A DNA stretch of 64,000 nucleotides from an uncultured OCS116 cluster bacterium (GTDB lineage: Bacteria > Pseudomonadota > Alphaproteobacteria > Rhizobiales > TMED25), in the NCBI GenBank assembly GCA_902632055.1, contig CACPAS010000003.1, forward strand, positions 2,105 through 66,104, given 5' to 3'. This document shows positions 28,848 to 40,038 of this stretch, piece by piece (position 1 is the first letter of the stretch; every line of letters starts with the position of its first letter). The translations under genes were made by a program, and so were the position numbers. The notes below the pieces were generated by a model. The model saw only the letters and a list, made by a program, of their open reading frames with translations. It searched no databases and was not told the origin of the DNA.

Positions 28848-29408
28848 ATGGCAGATGAATTTAATTTACAGGATTTTTCACGAAGAATGGATGGGGCCAT
28901 AAACTCGCTCAAAGGAGAGTTCTCAGGCTTAAGAACAGGACGAGCTTCTGCGAGTCTGCTTGATCCTATCAGTGTAGAGGTATATGGCTCAAAGATGCCT
29001 TTAAATCAACTTGCAACTGTCAGTGTTCCTGATCCTCGAACAATATCTGTACAGGTTTGGGATAAGTCACAAGTCGAAATTATTGACAAGGCAATACGAG
29101 AGTCAGGATTAGGCTTAAATCCTAATATGGATGGGCAATTAATTAGAATTCCTGTTCCGGAGCTTAACTCGGAAAGAAGGGAAGAGCTTTGTAAGGTCGC
29201 AAGTAAATATGCAGAAAATGCACGTATTGCAGTCAGGAACGTTCGAAGAGATGGTATGGATACCCTAAAGAAACTTGAAAAAAGTAGTGATATCAGTCAG
29301 GACGACCAAAAGAATTATGGTAATGATATTCAAAATATCACAGATTCAGCTATAAAAGAGATTGATGAGACACTTCAAAAAAAAACCACTGAAATTATGA
29401 ACGTTTAA
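28848..29408 (+). CDS. frr: Ribosome recycling factor
   Basis: 186 aa with typical RRF sequence ([25 protein letters not shown]). Confidence 0.95.
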   Translation: MADEFNLQDFSRRMDGAINSLKGEFSGLRTGRASASLLDPISVEVYGSKMPLNQLATVSVPDPRTISVQVWDKSQVEIIDKAIRESGLGLNPNMDGQLIRIPVPELNSERREELCKVASKYAENARIAVRNVRRDGMDTLKKLEKSSDISQDDQKNYGNDIQNITDSAIKEIDETLQKKTTEIMNV

Positions 29409-29432
29409 CGTCTTTCATTGAAATAAGTTACC

Positions 29433-30161
29433 ATGAGTGAAATCACAAACTTGCCTGATCATGTTGCCATAATTCTAGATGGGAATAGACGGTGGGCAAG
29501 GGGTAGAGAGTTACAGGATGAGGACGGTCATCGTAAAGGTATAGAAACGCTTGTTCTGATTGCTAAAGCAGCTGCTAGTTTCGATATTAAATATTTAACA
29601 CTTTTTAGCTTCAGTAAAGAAAACTGGAAAAGGGATCCAGCAGAAATCTCAAACCTTATGTATCTCATGGAAAGCTTTGAAAGTGCATATTTGGATGAGA
29701 TAATTTCAAATAATATTAGGGTAAGCGTCATTGGTGATATAGATACACTTGCGAAACCACAAAAGAAAATAATCAAAATGGTTCAAGAAAGAACCCAAGA
29801 TAATAAGGGGATGCGGCTGATTGCGGCATTTAATTACAGTGGAAGAGATGAAATCATTAGGGCGCTGAAGAAAATACTCAGCGATGTCCAACTAGCAAAG
29901 ATTTCTACTGACATGATCAATAATGACTTAATGAGTAATTATCTCGATACAGCTAACATCCCTGACCCGGATCTCATAATTAGAACAAGTGGGGAGATGA
30001 GACTTAGTAATTTTTTGTTATGGCAATGTGCATACTCTGAATTTGTATTTACGGAAACGCTATGGCCGGATTTTACAGTCGACCAATTCCATAATGCACT
30101 GAAGCAGTTTTCTCAAAGGGAGAGAAGATATGGAAGAAATACGCCTAATAAAGGAGTGTGA
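29433..30161 (+). CDS. uppS: Undecaprenyl (isoprenyl) diphosphate synthase
   Basis: Motifs HVAIILDGNRRWA and IRTSGE.RLSNFLLWQ.AYSE. Confidence 0.95.
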   Translation: MSEITNLPDHVAIILDGNRRWARGRELQDEDGHRKGIETLVLIAKAAASFDIKYLTLFSFSKENWKRDPAEISNLMYLMESFESAYLDEIISNNIRVSVIGDIDTLAKPQKKIIKMVQERTQDNKGMRLIAAFNYSGRDEIIRALKKILSDVQLAKISTDMINNDLMSNYLDTANIPDPDLIIRTSGEMRLSNFLLWQCAYSEFVFTETLWPDFTVDQFHNALKQFSQRERRYGRNTPNKGV

Positions 30162-30169
30162 ATTGAGCC

Positions 30170-30997
30170 ATGGATTTTAATAATTTAAGATTACGATTTC
30201 AAACAACACTCTTAATTCTACCAATTTTTATCTTACCTATATATTTGGGAGGTATTTATTTTAAAATAGCCCTCATCTGTGTCTCGATTTTATTGTTTTA
30301 TGAGCTGACATTGATTATTAGCTATCCGAAAAGAAAAGCAGCCTCAATGCTGTACTCATTTTTTTTATGCATCTCTGTATTGCTTTTAAATACAGCTCCA
30401 GATATAGCCATTACCATTTGTTTAGTGGTTTTGGTTACGGGATCTATCTTGATAAAATTATTTTATGGAGGTAATGGTTGGTTGTTGGCTGTCATCTATT
30501 ACTCCTATATATCTTTTTTAGTATTCTATCAAATTAGATTAGAAGGCGATACATTAGACGGTCTAAATTCAATTCTTCTTGTGATAACGATTGCTGTTAT
30601 TTCTGACTCGTCAGGGTATTTCGGCGGTCAGTTCCTTGGTAGAAAGAAAGTCTTCCCATATTTATCCCCAAACAAGACAATCGAAGGAACATTTTTTGCA
30701 TTCATTACGCCTGCAATTTTCATTTTCTTTTTAGCACTTTTTTCTACGATGAATTTGAATGATAGTATTATTTACCTCTTCATTTCAGTTATGGCGCTGG
30801 GGGCAATTTTAGGAGATCTATTCGGTTCTTATCTTAAGAGAAATTTCAGCGTCAAGAATTCAAGTAATTTTCTTCCAGGGCATGGGGGGCTTTTAGACAG
30901 AATGGACAGTATAATTGGAGTTGGGGTAATTTTTTTAATCTTAGATAAGATAACTAGCAATAATAGTTATGAAAACATTTTATACTTTTGGAGGTAA
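30170..30997 (+). CDS. cdsA: Phosphatidate cytidylyltransferase
   Basis: Polytopic membrane protein with CTP-transferase signatures SDSSGYFGGQFLGR.K..P.LSPNKT.EG and PGHGG.LDR.DS. Confidence 0.9.
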   Translation: MDFNNLRLRFQTTLLILPIFILPIYLGGIYFKIALICVSILLFYELTLIISYPKRKAASMLYSFFLCISVLLLNTAPDIAITICLVVLVTGSILIKLFYGGNGWLLAVIYYSYISFLVFYQIRLEGDTLDGLNSILLVITIAVISDSSGYFGGQFLGRKKVFPYLSPNKTIEGTFFAFITPAIFIFFLALFSTMNLNDSIIYLFISVMALGAILGDLFGSYLKRNFSVKNSSNFLPGHGGLLDRMDSIIGVGVIFLILDKITSNNSYENILYFWR

Positions 30998-30998
30998 A

Positions 30999-32162
30999 TT
31001 GAAAAAAGACTTAACAATATTAGGATCCACTGGCTCAATCGGGGTCAACGCCCTATCAATTCCAACCATAGATGAAAAATTCACGATGTTAGCATTTGTT
31101 GCGGGCAGGGATGTCAACAATCTGTCGCACCAATGCATTAAATTTAAACCAAAGTATGCAGTAATATCAGACAAAGAAATGTATGGAGAACTTAAAAATA
31201 ATTTATTTGGTTCGGGTATAGAAGTAAAAGCTGGGTGTGATGATGTAAACGAAATAGCATCAAAGACATCGGATGTGGTTCTTTCAGCTATTTCTGGTAG
31301 TGCCGGAATCGAGCCAACTTACTGTGCTATCAATAAAACAGAGAGGCTGGCAATCGCGAACAAAGAGTCAATTGTTGTAGCTGGTAGCCTATTGTTTGAT
31401 AAAAAAATAAATAAAAAAACAAATATAGTGCCAGTAGATTCCGAGCACAATGCAATTCATAAGCTCCTTAACTACACAAGTAGGAAAAATTTTAAGAGTA
31501 TTATACTTACTGCATCTGGGGGACCTTTTCTGAATACAAGTGTTGAGGATTTGTCAAATGTAACCCTCGAGGATGCATTAAAACATCCAACATGGAACAT
31601 GGGTAAAAAAATCACAGTTGACTCATCTGCACTTATCAATAAAGGTCTCGAGTTAATTGAAGCTACATATTTATTCAATATAAGTCATGAAGATATAACA
31701 ATATTGGTTCATCCTCAGTCTATTATTCATGCTATGATATCAATGCATGACGGAACAACACTATCTTTGATGTCTAAGGCGGATATGAAAATACCGATCA
31801 GCGATGCAATCTTTGAGAGTGATAACGCACCAATTTTTGGGAATCTGAAGACTTCAGATATCAAGAGTTTAACTTTTTGCGATCTAGATAATAAAAAATT
31901 TCCTACAGTCAATATGGCCAGAGACGCCATTGATCATGGCGTAAGTTCGATCGTAACCTTCAACGCAGCAAGTGAAGTTGCTGTTGAAAACTTCCTCTCT
32001 AAAAAAATATCATTCTTGGATATCTACAAAGTCATAGGAAAGTCGCTTGAATATAGTAAAAAAAATAAGCAAAAGGTTTTAAAAAATAATATCGAGCATA
32101 TATTAAGATTAAATCAAAAAGCAAAAGATTTTGCGACAAAAATTATAGATGAGGCGTTATAG
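30999..32162 (+). CDS. dxr: 1-deoxy-D-xylulose 5-phosphate reductoisomerase
   Basis: Motifs ILGSTGSIG, NKESIV, DSEHNAI and LTASGGPF. I prefer the TTG at 30999 (GGAGG 5 nt upstream, 1 nt after the cdsA stop) over the ORF-track ATG at 30969, which overlaps cdsA by 29 nt. The start remains uncertain. Confidence 0.9.
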   Translation: MKKDLTILGSTGSIGVNALSIPTIDEKFTMLAFVAGRDVNNLSHQCIKFKPKYAVISDKEMYGELKNNLFGSGIEVKAGCDDVNEIASKTSDVVLSAISGSAGIEPTYCAINKTERLAIANKESIVVAGSLLFDKKINKKTNIVPVDSEHNAIHKLLNYTSRKNFKSIILTASGGPFLNTSVEDLSNVTLEDALKHPTWNMGKKITVDSSALINKGLELIEATYLFNISHEDITILVHPQSIIHAMISMHDGTTLSLMSKADMKIPISDAIFESDNAPIFGNLKTSDIKSLTFCDLDNKKFPTVNMARDAIDHGVSSIVTFNAASEVAVENFLSKKISFLDIYKVIGKSLEYSKKNKQKVLKNNIEHILRLNQKAKDFATKIIDEAL

Positions 32163-32166
32163 ATAA

Positions 32167-33288
32167 ATGTTCGATCTGATAAATTTTACAAACTATATGT
32201 ATAATTTTGTAATTTACACAGTTCCATTCCTGCTCGTTCTGACTGTGGTCGTTTTTTTTCACGAGCTTGGTCATTTTGGTATTGCGCGTTTAAACAAAGT
32301 TGATGTTGAAATTTTTTCAATAGGTTTTGGTAGGGAAATTTATAGTATTTATGACAAGAGGGGAACTAAATGGAAAATATGCTGGATTCCCCTTGGTGGT
32401 TATGTGAAGTTTGTAGATGATGCTGACCCAACAAGCAAAGCGGACGCAAATAAATTTTCTCCAAATGGCTTTCATACAAAATCAATCTCTCAGCGCTCCG
32501 CTATTGTTTCAGCGGGACCTATCGCTAATTTTATCTTAGCCTTAGTAATATTCACTTTTCTGTATTCTGTTAATGGAAAAACAACAATACTGCCTGTAAT
32601 AGAAAGTATCGAAGAGGCAAGCCCTGCTATGGATGGTGGACTTATGGTTGATGATGTGATTACCTCAATTGATGAAGACTTGGTGACTAAATTTAGTGAT
32701 ATACCGCGAATAATCCAAGAAAAAAAGACTGAGACATTGCAATTTGGGATCCTCAGAAACGGAAGTTACGTCAATCTAGAGCTTACACCTGAAATTCGAT
32801 ACATGAACCCAGAAAAACAATCGGGTGAGTTATTTTATATTGGTATTAGCGGGGGTACGCTGGAAAAAAATATAATAAGAGAAAAAGTATCCGTTATTAA
32901 GGCAATAGGTTATGGCATTAATGATACATACCAGATAATCCATTTATCATTGAGTTATATTTACAAGATGATAATCGGAACTGAGTCGACTGAGAACCTC
33001 GGTGGACCTATTCGTATTGCCCAAATTTCAGGTGATGTTGCAAAAAATGGTATTTTACCCTTATTGCAGCTTACTGCATTATTATCTGTCAGCATTGGGC
33101 TAATCAACCTTTTTCCAATTCCAATGCTTGATGGGGGGCACCTTATGTTTTATAGTATAGAGGCCATAAGAGGAAAGCCGCTGAGCGAAAAGTCTTTTGA
33201 GATATTTCATAAGATAGGATTAGGGTTTATAATTTTTCTAATGTTCTTTGCTTTATGGAATGATTTAAATTTTTTAAATATATTTTAA
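32167..33288 (+). CDS. rseP: RIP zinc metalloprotease RseP (site-2 protease)
   Basis: HELGHF zinc motif in TM1, a PDZ-like central domain and a C-terminal NLFPIPMLDGGH motif. Confidence 0.9.
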   Translation: MFDLINFTNYMYNFVIYTVPFLLVLTVVVFFHELGHFGIARLNKVDVEIFSIGFGREIYSIYDKRGTKWKICWIPLGGYVKFVDDADPTSKADANKFSPNGFHTKSISQRSAIVSAGPIANFILALVIFTFLYSVNGKTTILPVIESIEEASPAMDGGLMVDDVITSIDEDLVTKFSDIPRIIQEKKTETLQFGILRNGSYVNLELTPEIRYMNPEKQSGELFYIGISGGTLEKNIIREKVSVIKAIGYGINDTYQIIHLSLSYIYKMIIGTESTENLGGPIRIAQISGDVAKNGILPLLQLTALLSVSIGLINLFPIPMLDGGHLMFYSIEAIRGKPLSEKSFEIFHKIGLGFIIFLMFFALWNDLNFLNIF

Positions 33289-33324
33289 TAAAATTATATA
33301 TAATATTGTTAATTTAACAAAAGT

Positions 33325-35622
33325 ATGATTATGAGAACTATTTTGTATAATTCTGTTTTTATTGCCTTTTTTGCGCTTTTAATATGCACGACAAGTGTAC
33401 ACGCCAACAATCATCTGATCAAAAGTATCGATGTTACGGGTAATAATCGAATTGATAAAAACACCATAATTAATTATGCAAAATTGAGCGCGGGTAGTTT
33501 ATACAATCAAGTCGAGGTTGATGAGGCACTCAGAGATTTATATGAAACAGAGTTATTTTCCGATGTTCAGATTAATTATGATAACTCGAAGATAGTAATA
33601 ACAGTACAAGAGAATTTTCTGATAAATCAGGTTGCATTTGAGGGTAATAAAGCTATAAACGATGACTCATTAAGAGATCTTGTGTCACTAAAAGCACGCT
33701 CAACATTTTCAAAAAATAAATTGGAAGATGATATTTCAACAATTATAAGCTCATATAGATCGGCTGGCAGGTATAGCGTTGTTGTAGAACCGAAAATAAT
33801 CAAGTTAGATTTCAATAGGATCGATCTTGTGTACGAAATTAGTGAAGGTTCGATTACAAAAATTACCGATATAAACTTTATTGGTAATAAAAATTACTCC
33901 GACCGAGCTTTGAGAAGCGTGATTTCAACCTCTAGAAGTACATGGATTGATAAAATATGGGGAACGGGCAGATCCTATGATAATGCCATAATGGAGTATG
34001 ACAAGGAGCTCCTAGGGCAATATTACAGAGATAATGGGTATATTAATTTTAGTGTTGTTAATGCTATTGGAGAGTTAAATAACAGTTCTGGTAACTTCGT
34101 TATTACATTTACTGTAGATGAAGGCGATAGATATAAATTTGGAGATGTATCTATATCAAATCAATTTGATGAGTCATACACAGCATCAATTGCTAGTTTG
34201 ATCAGTACAAATGCCACTAACTATTATGATGAGTCAGAGATAAACAGGAATAAAACAAATCTCGTTGATTTTATGAAAGCAAACGGTAATCCTTTTGTAA
34301 CAGTTAATGTGATTGAGGAGACCAGCGAAAATACTAAAACAGTAAATTTGACATATATAATAGATAACGGTCCACCCGTTTACGTGGAGCGAATTGAAAT
34401 ATCAGGTAATCAAAGAACATATGATTACGTAATCCGAAGAGAGCTTAAGATCTCTGAAGGTGACGCACTAAATCAAACTTATCTAAATCAATCAATGAGA
34501 AATCTGAGGGGTCTTAATTTTTTCTCTGATGTAAAACTTAATACTGTTGACGGCTCAGCTCCTGACAAAAAAGTCATACAGATAGCTGTCAGCGAGAAAC
34601 CGACTGGATCCCTTATGTTTGGAGCCGGTTACTCAAGCGTTGCAGGTATTGTTGGTAGTATATATATAAAAGAAGATAATCTTCTGGGAAGGGGCCAAAA
34701 AGTTGCAACACAACTTAGTCTTGGGGGTAATCAAAATCTTGTCAATCTTCAATTCACCGAACCATCCTTTTTGAGTTCTGATGTTTCGGCAGGTATCGAT
34801 ATCTTTGGAAATGAAACAGATTTATCGGAAGACTCAGGATATAAGAGCAAAGAAGTTGGTGCTGGATTCAGATTTGGATTCCCACTATCTGAAGATTTAA
34901 ATTTAGTTACTAAATATAAATATACAAATAATGAGGTATACGATGTCCCAGCCAATTCAAGTGCTGCTCTAACACAACTTGAGGGCACAAGGAATATCTC
35001 TGAATTTGGATATTCTCTCAGATATAACACACTAGATAATATGGTATCGCCAAACAATGGTATGCTAATAGACTTCAGTCAAGATCTTGCGGGACTTGGT
35101 GGAGATGTTAAGTTTTTGAGAACAGAAGTGTCTGGTAATTATTACAAAGATTTTACAAATAGTATCGTTGGCTCAATATCCCTGAATATGGGACATATTT
35201 TTGGACTAGATGACCAAGATGTATTAATTTCAGATGCGTTCCGTGATCCTGGAACTACACTGAGGGGTTTTGCTCCGAGTGGGATCAGCCCAAGATTTAC
35301 TTCAAATGAAAGCACTGATGAGGAAGCGATTGGTGGTAATACATATATTTCTACCTCAGCCGAATTAACCTTCCCATTTGGTTCATTGACCGATGAATAT
35401 GGTGTGAAGGGTGGTGTCCATTTAAATGCTGGCTCGCTATTTGATTCTGATTTAGATCCGTCTGATATTAATGACTCTGATTCTTTCCGAACATCGATTG
35501 GCGCCTCTGTCTTCTGGGACTCGCCAGTTGGGCCATTGAGATTTGACTTTACAGAGGCTATTGATAAGGAAACATTCGATAAAACTGAGTTTTTCCAATT
35601 TTCTGGTGGCACAAACTTCTAA
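33325..35622 (+). CDS. bamA: Outer membrane protein assembly factor BamA
   Basis: 765 aa with a signal peptide, POTRA repeats (I..I.V.GN.R), a C-terminal Omp85 beta-barrel and a terminal aromatic residue (NF). Confidence 0.95.
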   Translation: MIMRTILYNSVFIAFFALLICTTSVHANNHLIKSIDVTGNNRIDKNTIINYAKLSAGSLYNQVEVDEALRDLYETELFSDVQINYDNSKIVITVQENFLINQVAFEGNKAINDDSLRDLVSLKARSTFSKNKLEDDISTIISSYRSAGRYSVVVEPKIIKLDFNRIDLVYEISEGSITKITDINFIGNKNYSDRALRSVISTSRSTWIDKIWGTGRSYDNAIMEYDKELLGQYYRDNGYINFSVVNAIGELNNSSGNFVITFTVDEGDRYKFGDVSISNQFDESYTASIASLISTNATNYYDESEINRNKTNLVDFMKANGNPFVTVNVIEETSENTKTVNLTYIIDNGPPVYVERIEISGNQRTYDYVIRRELKISEGDALNQTYLNQSMRNLRGLNFFSDVKLNTVDGSAPDKKVIQIAVSEKPTGSLMFGAGYSSVAGIVGSIYIKEDNLLGRGQKVATQLSLGGNQNLVNLQFTEPSFLSSDVSAGIDIFGNETDLSEDSGYKSKEVGAGFRFGFPLSEDLNLVTKYKYTNNEVYDVPANSSAALTQLEGTRNISEFGYSLRYNTLDNMVSPNNGMLIDFSQDLAGLGGDVKFLRTEVSGNYYKDFTNSIVGSISLNMGHIFGLDDQDVLISDAFRDPGTTLRGFAPSGISPRFTSNESTDEEAIGGNTYISTSAELTFPFGSLTDEYGVKGGVHLNAGSLFDSDLDPSDINDSDSFRTSIGASVFWDSPVGPLRFDFTEAIDKETFDKTEFFQFSGGTNF

Positions 35623-35668
35623 ATTGTATAAACTTCCAAGAGATATTTGTTAATCTATTGGAAGTAAC

Positions 35669-36691
35669 ATGAAAGATAGGATTTTTATAAAGAATAACGG
35701 CCCTTTCAGAATAAGCGAGATTATAAAAAAGGTATTGCCCAACCAAAAAGTACCTAAAAATATAAATGACAGAACAATTGAAGGGGTGTCAACAATACAG
35801 AATGCCTCTTCGCGTGACATCACGTACTTAAGTAATAAAAATTATCTAAATGGTATTAATAATATAAAAGCTGCTGCTTGCTTGGTAACACAGGATTTAT
35901 TGGACATTTTACCTGAAAGCGTATTACCAATAGTTGTAGACAACCCTGAGCTTATTATAATAGATGTCATGGAGCTTTTCTATGAAGATTTAGATGATGG
36001 GATTGAGCATCTGATAAGTGATCGAGCCTACATTGCGGCAAATGCAGTTATCGGAGCCAACAGTAAAGTCAAACCAGGGGTTGTTGTCAAAAGTGGTGTA
36101 GTAATTGGAGATAATTGCAGAATTGACTCAAATACAACCATTGGAAGCAATGTTATGATTGGGCACAGTGCCCATATCGGCTCAAATTGTACTCTTCAAA
36201 ATTGTATTATCGGTAATAATGTAATTATACACCCCGGTGTTCGGATTGGTCAGGACGGTTTTGGTTATAGTTTAGGCGGCGGGGGTTTAAAGAAATTTCC
36301 ACACATTGGACGCGTCATTATCCAAGACAGTGTAGAAATTGGATCGAATACAACTATTGACAGAGGGTCTCTTAATGATACAACGATTGGTGAAGGAACT
36401 AAAGTAGACAATCTTGTTCAGATTGCTCACAATGTAACAATTGGCCAAAATTGTGCTATTGCAGGGCAAGTTGGAATATCTGGTAGTGTTAATATAGGTA
36501 ATAATGTGATGATTGGCGGACAAGTGGGTATCAAGCAACATAGGAAAATTGGCGATAATGTCCAAATTGCAGCTGGTTCAGGCGTTACACTAAGCATCCC
36601 ATCGAATCAAAGAGTGGCCGGAAATCCCGCTCGGAAGCTTGGGACATACTTGAGTGAAATAAAAACTATATCAAGAATAGCAAGAAAATAA
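35669..36691 (+). CDS. lpxD: UDP-3-O-acylglucosamine N-acyltransferase
   Basis: Left-handed beta-helix hexapeptide repeats and an LpxD N-terminal domain. Position in the bamA-lpxD-fabZ-lpxA order. Confidence 0.9.
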   Translation: MKDRIFIKNNGPFRISEIIKKVLPNQKVPKNINDRTIEGVSTIQNASSRDITYLSNKNYLNGINNIKAAACLVTQDLLDILPESVLPIVVDNPELIIIDVMELFYEDLDDGIEHLISDRAYIAANAVIGANSKVKPGVVVKSGVVIGDNCRIDSNTTIGSNVMIGHSAHIGSNCTLQNCIIGNNVIIHPGVRIGQDGFGYSLGGGGLKKFPHIGRVIIQDSVEIGSNTTIDRGSLNDTTIGEGTKVDNLVQIAHNVTIGQNCAIAGQVGISGSVNIGNNVMIGGQVGIKQHRKIGDNVQIAAGSGVTLSIPSNQRVAGNPARKLGTYLSEIKTISRIARK

Positions 36692-36746
36692 ATATAAATT
36701 GGTTTATTGATGTGTTATAAGTTACACAGACTTATTGGATGCAAAA

Positions 36747-37211
36747 ATGAAGACTTATACTACTAGTGAGAATCCGCAAACTGCTGATATAAATGTGATT
36801 AAGAAATTAATTCCACATGCATACCCTTTTTTATTGGTAGATAAGATAGTTGAGATGAATGGTGATGAGTATGGTATTGGCGTCAAAAATGTAACAATTA
36901 ATGAACCATTCTTTCAAGGACATTTTCCCGATAACCCGATAATGCCTGGGGTATTACAAATTGAAGGTATGGCTCAGACCGCAGCTGTGATGTGCATGCT
37001 AAAATATAATACAAAAATCCCAAATATTTTCTTTATGACTATCGACAAGGCGCGCTTCAGGAAGCCAGTCATACCGGGCGATATTCTGTATTACCATCTG
37101 AAAATTATTAGAAAAAGAGCAAATGTCTGGAAATATAAAGGCGAGGCATATGTACTTGGTAGCCTTGTCGCAGAAGCTGAAATAAGTGCAATGATCGAGG
37201 CGGGTACCTAG
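36747..37211 (+). CDS. fabZ: 3-hydroxyacyl-ACP dehydratase FabZ
   Basis: Motifs LIPHAYPFLLVDKI and FFQGHFPDNPIMPGVL. The ATG at 36747 is preferred; the TTG at 36735 is also possible. Confidence 0.95.
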   Translation: MKTYTTSENPQTADINVIKKLIPHAYPFLLVDKIVEMNGDEYGIGVKNVTINEPFFQGHFPDNPIMPGVLQIEGMAQTAAVMCMLKYNTKIPNIFFMTIDKARFRKPVIPGDILYYHLKIIRKRANVWKYKGEAYVLGSLVAEAEISAMIEAGT

Positions 37212-37212
37212 A

Positions 37213-38016
37213 ATGATACATCCTTCGGCTATAATCGAAGATGGCGCCAAAATAGGCGCTAATACTAATATCGGTGCATTCTCTTATATTGGAAGTAATG
37301 TAGTTTTGGGTGATAATATCAATATCTACCCTCACGTCGTTATTGACGGGCATACAAAGATCCAAGATGGCGCAAATATATACCCTAATGCGACTATTGG
37401 GATGATTCCACAGGACTATAAATACAAAAATGAGATTACATATATTGAAATTGGTAAAAATTGTACAATAAGAGAGCATGTGACAATTCATCTGGGCACA
37501 AAATCTGGTAACTCACTCACAAAAATTGGTGATAATTGTTTCTTAATGGTCGGTTCGCATGTGGCACACGACTGTTCAATTGGAAATAATGTAATTCTAA
37601 TCAATCAAGCTGCTCTTGCGGGGCATGTGATTGTTGATGATTTTGCTATTATTGGAGGACTCTCAGGTGTAAAGCAGCATGTAAGGATTGGTAAGCATGC
37701 ATATATTGCTGGCATGACAGCGGTCGAAATGGATATATTACCATATGGAGTTGTGAAGGGCGTACGAAGGTGCTATTTAACGGGAGTAAATATTAAAGGT
37801 TTAAGGCAAAGAGGATTTTCAAAAGAAGAAATTCATCTTATTCGAGATATATACATGGAAATATTTGATGGGCCATCCATTGAAATTCCAGATAGAGCGC
37901 GGTCACTACACCAAAAGTACATTGATAATGAAAAAATAATTATTTTACTCAAATTCATACTAGATCATCCAGAAAGACATTTGTGCCTTCCAAATGAAGA
38001 AAGTATAATTAAGTAA
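37213..38016 (+). CDS. lpxA: Acyl-ACP--UDP-N-acetylglucosamine O-acyltransferase
   Basis: N-terminal MIHPSAIIEDGAKIG hexapeptide repeats and an LpxA C-terminal helical domain. Confidence 0.95.
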   Translation: MIHPSAIIEDGAKIGANTNIGAFSYIGSNVVLGDNINIYPHVVIDGHTKIQDGANIYPNATIGMIPQDYKYKNEITYIEIGKNCTIREHVTIHLGTKSGNSLTKIGDNCFLMVGSHVAHDCSIGNNVILINQAALAGHVIVDDFAIIGGLSGVKQHVRIGKHAYIAGMTAVEMDILPYGVVKGVRRCYLTGVNIKGLRQRGFSKEEIHLIRDIYMEIFDGPSIEIPDRARSLHQKYIDNEKIIILLKFILDHPERHLCLPNEESIIK

Positions 38017-38033
38017 CCAAAATAGCTGTCGAT

Positions 38034-38867
38034 ATGAGTAAAAATCAATTAGCTATAATAGCTGGAGGGGGGAGCCTATCAACAGCTATAATAGAGTCCG
38101 CAAGGAAAGAAGGTTGGGAAATAACAGTATTTGCAATCGGGGCCTCAAATATTGCAAAAGATCCAAGCATTAAGTTTATTGAAATGAATAAGCTGAATAT
38201 TGGACGTATTTTTAAAATATTAAAAAGTAAAAAGATAAAAAATATTTGCATGGTTGGGTATATACCAAGGCCTAGCAATATAAGAGATTATTTCCATTTT
38301 CAATATCTTAATCTTGAAATTATTGGTATCTTATTTAAGTCTATCGGCATATTACGCGGTGGAGATGCTTCGTTATTTAAGAAAATAAACTCATTACTTG
38401 AGAGGAAGGGCTATAATGTAATTGGCGCTTCAGAAATTGCGCCAGACTTAACACTAAAAGAGGGAATTTATTCGTCCAAAGGAGCTTCAAAAGCAGAACT
38501 CGAGAATATAAAAAAAGCGAAGCAATGCGCTGAAATAACAGGCCTCTTGGATATTGGGCAGGCAGTTGTCGTCAAAAACCTTAGAGTTCTTGCAATAGAA
38601 GCTGCAGAAGGAACAGACTCAATGTTAGACAGGGTTGCTATCTTAGTTGAAAAAAATACAAAAAGAGGTGGTGTGCTTCTTAAGTCGGCCCAGATTAATC
38701 AGGATGAAAGGGTAGATATGCCGACTATTGGACCTAATACAATTGAGAAAATAATAAAAGCAAATTTATCTGGAATTGCAATAACAGCGGATAATGTAAT
38801 TGTACTGGATTTTCAGCGGGTTATAGAAATGATTGAAGATAGTAATTTATATTTTATAGTAATCTAA
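38034..38867 (+). CDS. lpxI: UDP-2,3-diacylglucosamine pyrophosphatase LpxI (DUF1009)
   Basis: 277 aa between lpxA and lpxB, which is the alphaproteobacterial LpxI position. Motifs IIAGGGSLS, GQAVVV and EAAEGTD. Confidence 0.85.
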   Translation: MSKNQLAIIAGGGSLSTAIIESARKEGWEITVFAIGASNIAKDPSIKFIEMNKLNIGRIFKILKSKKIKNICMVGYIPRPSNIRDYFHFQYLNLEIIGILFKSIGILRGGDASLFKKINSLLERKGYNVIGASEIAPDLTLKEGIYSSKGASKAELENIKKAKQCAEITGLLDIGQAVVVKNLRVLAIEAAEGTDSMLDRVAILVEKNTKRGGVLLKSAQINQDERVDMPTIGPNTIEKIIKANLSGIAITADNVIVLDFQRVIEMIEDSNLYFIVI

Positions 38868-38882
38868 TTTATAATAATCATT

Positions 38883-40034
38883 ATGAAAAAGCAAAAGAGA
38901 AAAATTGCAATCATAGCGGGTGAAGCATCCGGTGATAAGATCGGATCTGATTTGATTAGTGAAATAGAGTTGGCATATGATATTGATTTATATGGAGTGG
39001 GTGGTGATGAGCTTGCGAAGCATGGATTAAATTCACTCTTTCCGTATGAGGAATTATCAATAATAGGCATATGGGACATATTTAGGAATATCTTTAGTTT
39101 ACGAAAAAGACTAAATTTTACTGTAAAATCAATTGTGGCCTACAAGCCAGAGTTATTGATAATAATCGATTGCCCTGAGTTTACCCACAGGGTTGCAAAA
39201 AAAGTAAAAAAAATAATGCCAAATCTTAACGTAATTAATTATGTTTCCCCCACCATTTGGTTTTGGCGAAAAGGTAGGGGGAAAGAAATGAGTAAATATA
39301 TTACACATATTTTATCAATTTATCCGTTTGAGCCTGCTCTATATGACGAGTTGAATGGGCCATCGTGTACATACATTGGTAACCCACTGTTTGAAAGTAT
39401 CAAAAATAATAAATTGAATAGAAATAAAATGGAGAATAAAAATAAAACTATACTTTTCATGCCCGGGAGCAGAAAATCTGAAATTGAGAAACTATTACCT
39501 CCCTGTATCACTGCATTTAAGGAAATCAAAGAATTAGGGTATGAATTTAATTTAGAAATACCAACTTTTGATCAGTTTAAAGATTTTATTGAAGAAAAAT
39601 TTAATAATACAGGAATTGATTATTCTGTATTTTCAAACGAGCAAAAAAAAATAAATAGTTTTTGGCACTCAGATTTGGCAATTACAGCATCAGGCAGCGC
39701 AACACTAGAGTTAGCAGCTTGCAAGCTACCAATGATTGTTATTTATAAACTGAATATAGTTAACTCTTTACTGGTGACTATAATTTCTAAAATAAATAAT
39801 TTGAAGAATGCTTCGGTTTCACTTCCAAATATAATAAGTCAAAAAAAAGTAATACCTGAATTGCTGCAATCTGACTGCAACTCTAGAAAAATAACTACTG
39901 AGCTGATCCGTTTACTAAATGATAAGAATGTAATTAATAATCAGTTATCAGTTTTTAACAGCATATATGAAATTATGAGGGTTGAAATAAAACCAGAGAG
40001 GGCAGCTGCAAATATAATCAGAAGATACCTCTAG
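38883..40034 (+). CDS. lpxB: Lipid-A-disaccharide synthase
   Basis: N-terminal IAIIAGEASGD and a GT19-family length; it ends the lpx cluster. Confidence 0.9.
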   Translation: MKKQKRKIAIIAGEASGDKIGSDLISEIELAYDIDLYGVGGDELAKHGLNSLFPYEELSIIGIWDIFRNIFSLRKRLNFTVKSIVAYKPELLIIIDCPEFTHRVAKKVKKIMPNLNVINYVSPTIWFWRKGRGKEMSKYITHILSIYPFEPALYDELNGPSCTYIGNPLFESIKNNKLNRNKMENKNKTILFMPGSRKSEIEKLLPPCITAFKEIKELGYEFNLEIPTFDQFKDFIEEKFNNTGIDYSVFSNEQKKINSFWHSDLAITASGSATLELAACKLPMIVIYKLNIVNSLLVTIISKINNLKNASVSLPNIISQKKVIPELLQSDCNSRKITTELIRLLNDKNVINNQLSVFNSIYEIMRVEIKPERAAANIIRRYL

Positions 40035-40038
40035 AAAC